From contig CAYZXR010000001.1 in assembly GCA_964482475.1 (NCBI GenBank), positions 37,997 through 101,996 on the forward strand: 64,000 nt of DNA, written 5' to 3'. Each line of letters opens with the position of its first letter. Within the stretch, counting starts at the first letter, position 1. The stretch is from an uncultured Planctomycetia bacterium. GTDB taxonomy: Bacteria > Omnitrophota > Gorgyraeia > Tantalellales > Tantalellaceae. The notes under the pieces were generated by a model. It worked only from the letters and a program-made list of their open reading frames with translations, ran no database searches and had not been told where the DNA came from. The translations under genes were made by a program, and so were the position numbers. Of the stretch, positions 1 through 12,000 are shown piece by piece.

Positions 1-2
1 GA

Positions 3-3000
3 TCCGGCGGCACCATATTCAAAATAATCGCTGTTCTGATTCATGATTTCTTCAAAGAAATCCATTTCTATAGAGGCAACTTCAAAAACATCATCCCGAA
101 GAGCATCAAAAGAACCACCGTTTTCCATGCCTCTGGCAACTAAACCATCTTCCCTGTCCATAACCTTTCCATCTTGATAATCATACAATATCGAGGACAA
201 ACTTTCTTCTTTTTCAGCGTTTCTGGTATGAACTTGTTGTTTGAAAGTATCCGTCTCCGAGGAAAGCATGCTCAAAATATCGAAATTATAATAATCGTAG
301 TGCTCAACTCCTTTGTAGAAATTATCTTCATTAATTTTAAGGTTTTCTATATCGTAAAGTACATCTCTAACAGAGCGCAAGAAAGTAGTGGTAGCACCCT
401 CAACCCCTATCACAAGATAGGTGCTATCATCGAGAATGTCGTCAGCAGCCTCTCCTGCGTTGCTAACGTTATATGTTTGTACAATTGTTCCTTTTTTATC
501 AAGAGTAACTGTCAACTCATCAAACGTTAGTGGAGCAAAAATAGTATAATTCTGATTATCAAGCAAATAAGGTACAGTTTCTTCATTGGTTCTATCCATA
601 AGCAGACTTGATTTATCTTCTATTTCCTGGCATTTTTTAGCAAACGATCCTGTTTGTTCCTCATATCTATCCTCACCAACAACATAGTATTTATAGCTCT
701 CTCCCTCATAATCATCAACTTCAGTAGAATCCGTAACATTTTCTTTGTATTGGTAATCTCCGAAATTTTCTCCCGTTATTGAGCAAACCAATTCCTCAAT
801 TGTTCTTTCATAGCTTGTCTCATCTCTTTCCAATGCATCTCCGGCAATCTCCTCGAGTATACGTCGACCAACTTCCGCATACATAAGATCTTTATCATGC
901 GCATACGGCAAAAAGCTTAATGTTTCTTTTACCCCATAGGGCAACATATCCTCATTGATATCCGTACTTGCCATTATCGCATCATAGTTGTTATATCCAC
1001 CACACCACCAATCAGGAGAAAGATCATAATCCCAAGTACCCGCTGTAAGCATTTGTAATATTTTCATAACAGCATTTGAGTACTCATAATTCAATTCATC
1101 AAGCCTACTCTGCACAGTAGCGTCCGTGAAAAGAATGCCCACATCCGGACTCATTCTATAATTATTAAGCCATATCCATTTTTTGTGGAACTCATTACCA
1201 ACCTGCACCAATGCTTTAGTTGCCGCGTCAACAACCGACTTTCCCAATTCCTGAGCTATCGTTGTAGACAAGAGTTTGGTCTGACTATTTTCAATGATCG
1301 CATCGGCAAAATCCATCCGCTCAGAAAGATCAGTCTCATCATCAGCATATGTCTTGCTTGAAGGCACCCAGGAGTATTCATCAAACAATGTCTTCCTCTT
1401 CTGAGAAATACCGGAAACTTGTTTAATAAGGTCTTCAACTTTTGCTTGGTATTCTTTCACAGCTTCATCAGCTTTGTTTTGATAGACCTGATATGCCTGA
1501 CTTTCCTTTACCGCAAAATTAGAAAATTTCATATAAATACCGGAAGGAGCGTCCTTATGACTCAACTCTATAGTTGCCAATTCCGTGCTAATATCGGAAA
1601 CTTCACCAGTAACTTCCCAACCAAAAATAGCAGACTCATATTTGAGAGATGCTTCTCTAAATAACTTGTCAAACTCATTTAACAATTTTGTAAGTTCAAT
1701 ACCATTGACCATCTGTCGTCTTTCTTCTTCACTCAGATAAGGTGTAGTCAACGTTATTAAACCATGATATTTTTCTTCATCCTCATCTACGATCCCATCT
1801 CCGGAGAAATCAAATAATATTTCATCAGTCATATCAACGTTACCAAGCAAAAACTCAACCAGATACTGCCTCGTCGCGTCTCGGTAGTCCTCAATGTCCC
1901 TGATAAGAGCCCTGTATTCACCTTGCGAAATCTGGTTGTTTACCCTGTCAAGAGTAGCTTGATTCAATTTGTCAGCAACATCTTTTTCTAGAATTTCATA
2001 CATTTCTCCAAGTTTTTTACCACCGGCACCTATTTCCGCGGCATAATCCCTAAAAAAGCTTTCTTCTTCAACATCCAAAGTGGTTCTATCCATCTCATCA
2101 GCATAAATATAATTTTGTTCTTTGTACTCATCATCGTAAAATTTACCTTGCTGAACTAACGCTACCGGCACCAGAACGTCTTCATCCCATTCAACTTTAC
2201 CTGTCAACGCTATCTGGCCATCATACGGACCAATATTTTTTCTAACAATGGAATGTGTGACATACGCATCCGGGTTGCTACCCGTATAGTTAGCATTAGT
2301 CTCATTTTTGATAATCACATCACCCCAAGATATTATATCTCCTTCAACCACCTGAACATTACTTACCGCGAACGAATTAAGACCATTACGCGCTTCATAA
2401 CGTATTTCTGTTGGAATTATATTCCATTCTCCATCCGCATCCAGGTCATATACTTCTGTCTGATATAACTTATATTGCGTTATATCATCGTCAAGCGTAT
2501 CTGCATCCAACTCTTCATAGCCATATATGTCTATATACCACGCTCTTACAACTTGCTTCTGCGAACTTGTATAGTCTAATATTTCCTGCTTCGCAGGACG
2601 GTAATATTCCTGATCAAAATTCGCGAATTCAACATTAAGCACGGCCACCTGTTCAGAATAATCTTTCTGAGCCTGCTCCCTTATTAAAGAGTCACGCAAT
2701 ATAACTGCCTGACGCAAAACCTCACTGCCAGAAGAACTATTTAATTCCGAAATAATATCCTGGCGCCAATCCTCAAGTGTCATCTCCACATCCTGCGTTC
2801 CATCAATATTTTCATAAGGGATATTGTAATCGTTATGATACTGAACAATCCTCTTCCCTTGAGCGGATATTGTTCCATTTCCATCGATATCCGCGTCATT
2901 AGAATTAATCACACCATCACCATTTATATCAACTTTTGGAATCACGGTACCAGAAACTTCGTCATATTTGGAGCTCAAATGTGTTGTTGTTGGGCTATAC

Positions 3001-6000
3001 TGAACAATATCTCCTTTCACTTCCTCAAGAAGATCATCTATATTAAAACTACTTTTCACCCCTTGATACTGTACAACAAACGCTTTCGCTGTCTGCTGAT
3101 ATTGGAACATAGCCATTGATATCAATTGTGCCATATGATTTGAATAAGCTGTAAAAAAGTCGGCCGTTGCAGGTATATTATCATTCTTTTCTGTCACATC
3201 GCTTGTCCACTTTCTGCTCACATTTTCAACATCTACCGCTTTTAATGCCGCATCCATTTCTAATATCTCTATCGCATACTCGTCCATATATCCCAGGATA
3301 GGCGCTTCATAATTTTCAACGCTTCCCATCGACTGGCCGGTTGCGGGATCGTAACCCGGATCATCTATGACCGTTTTAAGCATAGCAACCAGTCCGTTAC
3401 TAATAGATTCGGCCTTCGCCAAAGCAACCAACGTGAACGGATCCGCGTCATCGCCCAAATCAAGAATCCCTTTATCCCAAAGGTTTGATATGTAGTCAAA
3501 ATAATCATTACCGGTAGAATATTCCCCGACAACAAGCTCACCAACATCATTAAACTCACCGGAGCCGGATATTACTTTGTACCCTGACGGAGCATTAGGA
3601 TCCTTCGCAATCGTTATATCTCCGAAATCGTCAGGTAACTTATATTCGATTTCATCACTAAACAGAAACAAAAGTTCTAATTCTTTATGAAATGTATCTA
3701 TCGCTAAGTTTGTTAAGGTCACATCAATATTAAGCACAAGATCGTCTACGGCCTTATCATAGTAATCCAAGTGACCCGGCTGATAGAACTCCCCCTTATC
3801 TTTCGATTCAAGCCATTTTGCAATAACCGTATCTCTTGTATCCTCGAACTCAGTCCCTATCTGTATGCCGATTTGATCCTCGGATACGATTTGATCAGCT
3901 TCCATCGCTATCCATGGATCCAGGGCATCCGTCCATACATCAACCGGGGAACCATCTTTTGTAACAGTAAGATAATATTTATCGCCCTCCATCTCTATGC
4001 TCGCGGAATACCCTGAAGTCATCACTTGACTTGATATTGCCGGATTCTGGTTACTAATACTTGTCCATGCTGTTGAATCAAGCTTCACTTCACCTGCTGT
4101 AACTATTTCATTTAGATCTTTATCATAAGCGTATAACGTATAGCTTCCGCCTTTTTGAGTCGGATCAGATCCCACTAGACTTTGTTTTCTTACCCCGGAG
4201 TTTTCAGCAGTATTACTCATACTCTGCGCGGCCTGCTGCTTACGCTGTATCATAACGTATTTATAGTCGCTTCTTGCTTTCTCAATGTATTCAACTTCAT
4301 CAACAACTTTACCACCTACTGTCGTCGAACTATCCTCTGTTATTAATTCCAATAGACTGCTGCTTGTTGATGTCGGCTCATCATCCATAATAGTGTCAAA
4401 GACTTCATCTTTTTTCTTGTTGTACTCTGTAATAGCTCTGGCTATCTTATAAATAGCACTATCGTTTAAAATGCCTCCAGTAATAGTTCCCAAAGTCTGG
4501 TTGTTCTTGTCAAGTTCGTCATAAACATGTTCATACCCGGCTACCGATCCCAAAACACCTTCCATATACCCCTTTACAGTTGAATCAGTTTCATAGGTGT
4601 CATTGTGTAATTCCTCGAAACCATCGGTAAACAATATATTTTTTCTGTCTCCTTCTCCAGCTTCGTCATATTGATCATTATTATTCGAATCTACATACCA
4701 TTCACCATCGTCCCATTCGCCGTTATTATTCCTATCCGTATATTGTTCGCCATTGTCTCCTCCCAACCATTTTAAAAATTCTTCCGTAAACGAAGCTGAT
4801 GTCTGTATCGATACCCCATCTTCGTTAATGAAAACAATATCACCTGATTGACTGACTTCAATACGCTTAAGATTTTTAACTTTCACAGTCTGTTCGGTCC
4901 ATTCCGGATCACCATTACTGTCCCAAACAAAGTTTCCTTCCTCGTCACGCTCCTGAATTTGAAACGTTATCTCTTCAGCTTCACTAAAAATGCGTCCAAG
5001 ATAATCCATAAAATCGATAATATCTTCTGTCAGATTGTTCGCCGCGCTATCGTTTCCTATATACCAAACAATAAGTTCGATCCAGTCTTTAAATTCATTT
5101 CTACTTGTACTTGCATTGTAGTCAGTAGACAAAACGTTTCCATCTGAACCGTATTGAACACCAATATCTATCGTTGTTCTCTTCGACCACCAATCGAACA
5201 TCGGTTTTAAAACTTGTATTCCGTCCCCCGGATTCAAAAGATTAGAATTCCCATACTGGTTAGTATCATATATATCCACGGCTGTATTCGCACCCGCCAG
5301 AGTTCCAGAGCTAGCCGGAGCCATCCAATTCAAAGCATTGGGGTTTAGATAAATGCCTCCATCCGGCTCGTAACCAGGGGCCCATCCTTCATTAGTAAAT
5401 TCCCAGTCATATGTCAGTTCGGTAACACCTTTTTCTGTCACTCTGTAATAGTTATCCAGTTCGAAAACGACCTGGCTTATAGCTGCATCTATCTCATCAT
5501 CCCGTTCATCTTTCGCGGTTTCAAGCTTTGTCTGGTATTCGTTTAACCTGTCCTGTATTTCCTTCATTCTCTGTTCCAGAGGAACTTCCTCACGCGTTAC
5601 AGTCTCACTATTACCATCTTCGTCAATAACTGTTTTTGTACCACCCTCAAGTTCAAAAAGACGCTGATCCCTCAGTTCTGCCCACATCGACTCTCTATCA
5701 GAAACAATATTACCATTCGAATCCAAGCTAACTGAATCTGAAGCTCTATCATTAAACTCGACAAGAGTAACCTTTTTATCGCCTGAATCAAATCTGTATT
5801 TAAGGGTCATCCCAACATAACTTTTACTGGCACTTCCTTCAGTCCCTCTGTAAATATAAACCATATAATCTGTACATCCCGCGGGAGTGTTAACTGTCTG
5901 GGTTAATTTTTCACATTTAAACTCATAGTTTCCGAAATCATCCGGTATAAGCGCCTGACCATATTCTTCGTTATATCCAGACGTATCGGTTGATCTTTCG

Positions 6001-9000
6001 TCATAATCATCCTCATCTGTTGAATATTGCTTTTTCCATACATTCTTAATCGCTCCGGTTTCTTCATCAATATCAAGCGAGAACGAAGGATTATCTCCAT
6101 CACTTACGACCCACGCCTCAGTTTCAGAATCTTTTTCCCACACGGTTCCCGGATCCGAATCAGGATCGGATTTTTCCAACCACACCGCGGGCACCAGTGG
6201 AGTCCCCTCATTGTCAGTCTTTCTGGCCCAATAAGATGTTCTCCATGCTTTCCATGAAACAACGTCATCGCCGATATATTCCTTAACAATTGTTCTTTCT
6301 TCAGTCAAATGTTTGATCTCGTCATCTGTCAATCGGTCTCCGGAATCAACCAGATCATCGTTAAATGCTTTAATGTTTTCAGGAACAACTTTTTCACTAT
6401 AAGTCTCTATCATGTATATCGCCTGGCCATCTGAGGTTAGATACTCGGAAAAGTCCGCCAAAGTCTTAACCTCGCCTGAACTCGCGTCATAATAAGCTAC
6501 TTTATTCCCGTCCATATCATAATAATCATACAAATGATCCACCTTTACGCGATGCATCTCTATCTTGCCAGAAGCGTCTCTGACAATCTCGCCTGATTCG
6601 CCATACATACTATTCCCATACTCTTCAAATCTAACTTTTATACCATCTTCATTCAATGTCGTAACACTTCCATTAGGACTAGTAACGTATGTTTCTTTTA
6701 TTTTGTCATCCACTGTCCTATCAATTATTTTCCCTCCTGAGAACCCATTTAAACGCTCCCACGCCTTTGCGGCTCTTGCTGCTGCTACTGCTTTTTCTGC
6801 TACTACTACCGCGGCTGCTGCTAATCTTGCTGCTACTGCTCCTGCGGCTGCGGCTACTGCTGCTGCTGCTTCTGCTGCTTCTGCTGCTTCTGCTGCTGCT
6901 TCTGCTGATATGTCTCCTGTTATTCCCGCTGTTGCTGCTTCTTCTGCTACTGTTGCTGCTGCTTCTGCTACTGTTGCTGCTTCTTCTGCTGCTGCTACTG
7001 CTTCTGCAACTTCTGCTGCTGCTGCTACAACGGCGGTTACTGCTGTTGTTGCTGCTGCTGTCGCTGCTGTTGTTGCTGCTGTTGCTGCTGTTGCTGCTAT
7101 TGCCGTTGCTAATGCTACTGCTTCTTCTGCTGCCTCTGCGACGGTAGCTGCTGCTTCTGCAACGGTAGCTGCTGCTTCTTCTGCGGTAGCAGCATAAGCG
7201 GCTGCTTCTCTTGCCGCTACCGCTGCTGCTTCTACTGCTGCTTCTTCTTCTACTGCTTCTGCGGCTGCTGCTTCTTCTGCTGCTGCTTCTGCGGCTGCTG
7301 CTTCTTCTTCTTCTTCTGCTGCTGCGGCTGCTACTTCTGCTGCTGCTGCGGCTGCTACTTCTGCTGCTGCTGCGGCTAATACTGCGGCTGCTGCTGCAAC
7401 TGCTGGACCACAAACAATAAGATTACCATCTAAATCAAAGCTAACTGAATTATCGTTATGTCCTAAAGGAATGACTTCTCCCTCTCTACTATCGTTTTTA
7501 TATCTGTATTTCTCTGACACAAGTAGCTGAGCTGGCACACTTGATGTTTCCTTTGTAAAAATGTAAAGTTCAAAATCCCTAAAATCCTCTATCGAATCAT
7601 GTTCCATAAGCATACATACAAAATCATATTCTTCGTAATCCTCATAGTATTCTTCATATTCTTCATCATATTCCTGATTTTGAGAGGGCGTAATGTCCAC
7701 TACCTCTCCATATACATCAAAATGAATATCCACTAACGGTATATGCCTCTCAGTATCCACAATCCTTCCTTCTAGTTTCAGCCACGATGATTCGGTAAAA
7801 TCTTTCCACGCGCTTCCAGGTAATGGACTATCATCCAATATATCAGATGTATAGGGTGTATCATCAGCCTTTTCAACCCATTCCCTATCACCATTCGTAT
7901 CGGGTATTTCGGCCTGAACCCAATAAGATGTCCTCCATGTTTCCCATGAAACGACTTTTCCTAGCCGATATTCCTTTATGATTTCCCTCGTTTTTGACAA
8001 ATGCTTAATATCATTATCTGTCAACGGATCCTTACCAACACTAACCAACTCCTCATTAAGTGCTTTAATATCTTCAGAAAAAACCGTCTCAGTATAGGTC
8101 TCTTCCATATGCAGTGCCGAACCATCCAATGCCATATAATCTTCATACTCTACATCCACCAACGTTTTAACTTCACCTGAAACCGTATCGTAATAAGAAA
8201 CTTTATTTCCATCCGCATCATAATAATCATAAGCATGAATGGCTTTTACCCTATACATCTCAATCTCTCCGGAAGAATCCCTCGTAATGTTCCCTGCATC
8301 ATCATAAATGCTGTCTCTGTATTCTTCCACTCTAACTCTTACCCCATCTTCGTTGAATGTCTCAACACTGTCTGGACCAAAGTCTAATACTTCCTTTAGT
8401 TTTACATCCAAAGGAAGAAGCCGATCGACAAGACCATACCCAACTTTATAATCACCATTGTTATCGTAACCATCAATGTCGTAACCATCAATGTCGTAAC
8501 CATCAGGATCGTAACCATCAATGTCGTAACCATTAGGATCGTAACCATCGATGTCGTAACCATCAGGATCGTAACCATCAATGTCGTAACCATTGGAATC
8601 GTAACCATCAGGATCGTAACCATTAGGATCGTAACCATCAATGTCGTAACCGTTAGTATTGTAACCACTAGTGTCGTAACCATTGTTATCGTAACCACTA
8701 ATGTCGTAACCATTGTTATCGTAACCATCAATGTCGTAACCACCGATACCGTAACCATTGATATCATAACCATTGACGTCATAACCATTGATATCATAAC
8801 CATTAGCGTCATAACCATTGGCGTCATAATCAGATGTTCCATCCGAGCTACCAATGTCTTTCAATTTATAACTGTATTTATTTACGACACCATACTTATC
8901 AATAACTTTGAGTTTGACACCCTCTTCATTCATAAAAACAGTAGTACCTTCGCTATTAGCCGTATTCGATTGACTCAAACCATCTTCAGTAATAATGCTC

Positions 9001-12000
9001 GTTTCGACTGATTCGATACCATGTCTGTAGCTATCAGGACTAGTTGTAGCAACAGATATCAAGTCCTGATTCTCGTCATAATAATAGCTGTAATAATGTG
9101 TAACGCCTGTTTCATCTATCTCTCTGACAAGTTTTTCTTTACCCGGTTCTCCACTGTACTCGTATGTAGCTTTTCTGATCGGACTCGCGGCATACTCCTC
9201 AGTTCCATACTCGAGATATCTTGTAACTTCTTTTGCAACAAGCCTTCCATCATCACCATACTGGCATGCAGTTACAGAATCTATCTCTTCTATACCTGTC
9301 ATGGAATTTTTTCTGTATTTACGCTCTATATCGATATCCTCTTTGTCTCCAACACTCTCATAAGAAACGACAGAATCAATAACATCATAACCACCTACTG
9401 ATTCCTTGCTAGTGGTAACTGATTGCAACGCACCCATCGAGTCATAATTGTAAACACCGGTTCTTTCAACATCAGTATAATTAGCCTGACCATCCGCCGC
9501 GTAAGATATTGATTTTTCCGTACGTTCATGAGTGTCAACACCTCCGTATATGATCAAAGTATGTTGTTGGAAAAACCCGGACAAATCGCGTTCTATACTC
9601 CCATCCAAAGATATATCATACATGTTTGTATAGTTGATTTGATCAATAAAATCCAGATCTCCCCGATCCTTATCGCCGGCAATATCATCCTCATCAGCAT
9701 CAAGATACCCACCAAACCCGTCAACATTATGATAGGCGTCCGCATAATAACTATTATCGTTGTAATAGTAATAGCTACTTTCCGACAACAACCTCCAATC
9801 AATCACTTCATCAATTGAATCAAATTTCTTATCTTCCACTTTCACATATTGGATCTTTTCATAACCTTTCTCACCTTGATACTCCATGGTACGCTTTAGT
9901 GTTTTCGGATCAAATACGGTTTCTTCGGAACCGCTAACAGCAATTGATGGGTATGTGTAATCGTACTCATACGCCAGCATTTCATCTATCGCATGGTCAC
10001 TATCATATGTATACTCTATTCTTCCCGAAAGTATCAGCTCCGTCCCATCAGAAAAATAATTCGAGGAAAGTGTTTGGCCCACACTATCAAGTTCATGTTT
10101 AATCTGGTTTTGGTCTATAGCATAGTTTTCTACATTGTCTATTCTTTCATTCCCGCTAGCACCTTCATACTCGATTTTGCTTTCTTTTGTAAAGTCGTCA
10201 CGGTATCTTTCCATTAATAACATTTGTTTTGTGTCCACGTCATATATGAAATCATCCCAACTTTTTATTTCACCATTTGTCTGGTAGTAATTAATACTGT
10301 AATTGGCTTTTTCCTCGTCTTTCATACCGGTATATTGCGTACGGCTTATCAATGCTCCATCCTTCAGAGTCTCGGTATATCTCAAGGCTCCATGCATTTT
10401 GAGATATTCCTCGGTTACAACTAACGCGTCAATATCCAACAGAATATCCGACTCTGTCATTCCCGATATTATTCCTGAACAATTCAAAGCCTTAGACTGA
10501 AGATCGTTACTCATTGCCAGAAGATCTTCAGCAACCGCGCTTGTTCCCAAATTCCGCAAAACAACAATCTCGTCTATAGCATTTTGTATATTAGTTTTCG
10601 CCTCCTGCACAATGCTCGCCCTCTTCACGCCTGCCTCAGCAATATCTGCCATGACCAGTTCCTGTATCCTACCAAACTCATCTTTTATTGCATCATAATA
10701 TTTTCTCACCTCAATTGTTCTTCCCATCTCTTCGGAAATCCCTGTTATCCTTAAAAGAACATCTGCCGCGTAATCACTTTCACTTCCTGGAAGAGTTATT
10801 TGAACAGCTGTCACTGTGTCTTCGATATACTCCATTGTTTTCATATAAGCATACAACTCTTCTGCCTCGGTTTTGCGCGCTCCTTCTATCGCGGCATTAC
10901 TCGTAAGCACATCATTCATTTGAACCACAAGATTATAATATCCAAAAATCTTACTTATCTTACTCGCTTCCCCATACTGAGTCCCGTCTTCTTCATATGA
11001 CGACATAGAAGCAATAGCACTTGTCATACCGATAAGGCTGTCTTGTATCGCACTATCATAACTGATCTCCGCGACATAACCAATACTATCCTTGTACAGC
11101 ACGGCCTCCTCATACATTTCCTCAAACCCGTCTTTTGTCTCTTCCGCAGTTTCTTTAACACTCTTAGAATTCCATTTATCCGCACTATCGCTCATGTAAA
11201 GTACTGATTTTTCCATATATTCTGAAATTTTAGCTAAGTTTTCAAACTGATCATTAACTTTGACTTTATCCAAAATTTCTCTAGCGTCAGAAACTGAAGT
11301 AATTATGCCACTACCGCTAATTGCGCTACTAGCACGTGATGAGGTTTGTCTAATCGAGGCAATCTCCAATCCCTTAATCTTACATTCCGCATCAAGCGAC
11401 TCATACTCGTTTCTTAGCTCAGCTCCTGATGCCGGCCAAACCAATAGTCGGCTATTCGCTTCAGACAAATCTGAAAACGCCTGTTTTTCAGTATCAGTGA
11501 TCTCTACCAAAAGTTTATTATCAGTATCTATTGCTACCTGCAAGTCATCTATCGATTTTTCGAGAAACTCAACTTCAGCCTCTTTAAGGTAAACTTCTCC
11601 CCTCGCTCTCTGGGCAACGGCATCAGCGGTCCTATAGGACCCATCCCCAGCATCTCTCAATCCCTGTGCATATTCTTTAAGCATATCACGGCGCGATTCC
11701 AAGTCAGACAGCTCCGTCTCTAACACTGTCAACTGTCTCTGTTTTTCACTCTTTTCAGTTGCAAACGCGTCTTTTTCAGCTACAAGTTTTTCTTTTTCAA
11801 TAACAATGTTCTCATATTCATCTTGAAGCTTATTCTTCTGGTCTATCAAAAGATCTTCATAATCATCAGCCAATATTTTCGCGATATCTCTTTCCTCTTT
11901 GAGCTTGTCCAATTCCAAACTAACCGCATTATAGAGATTCTGCAAAGTTAATGCTTCTTGATAATCCTGAATAAACCCGGCATTACTGGTAAGTGAATTA

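Noticed and set aside
6565-7420. Poly-Ala, poly-Leu and poly-Ser/Arg ORFs (including an antifreeze-like or membrane-like look)
   Set aside because: They are alternative frames of one GCA/TGC triplet tract that lacks stops, lying inside the giant CDS.
8402-8854. 150-aa MVTIL-repeat ORF, or a CRISPR-like array
   Set aside because: It is the off-frame reading of the GYD array. The 15-bp units are contiguous, with no unique spacers and no cas genes.
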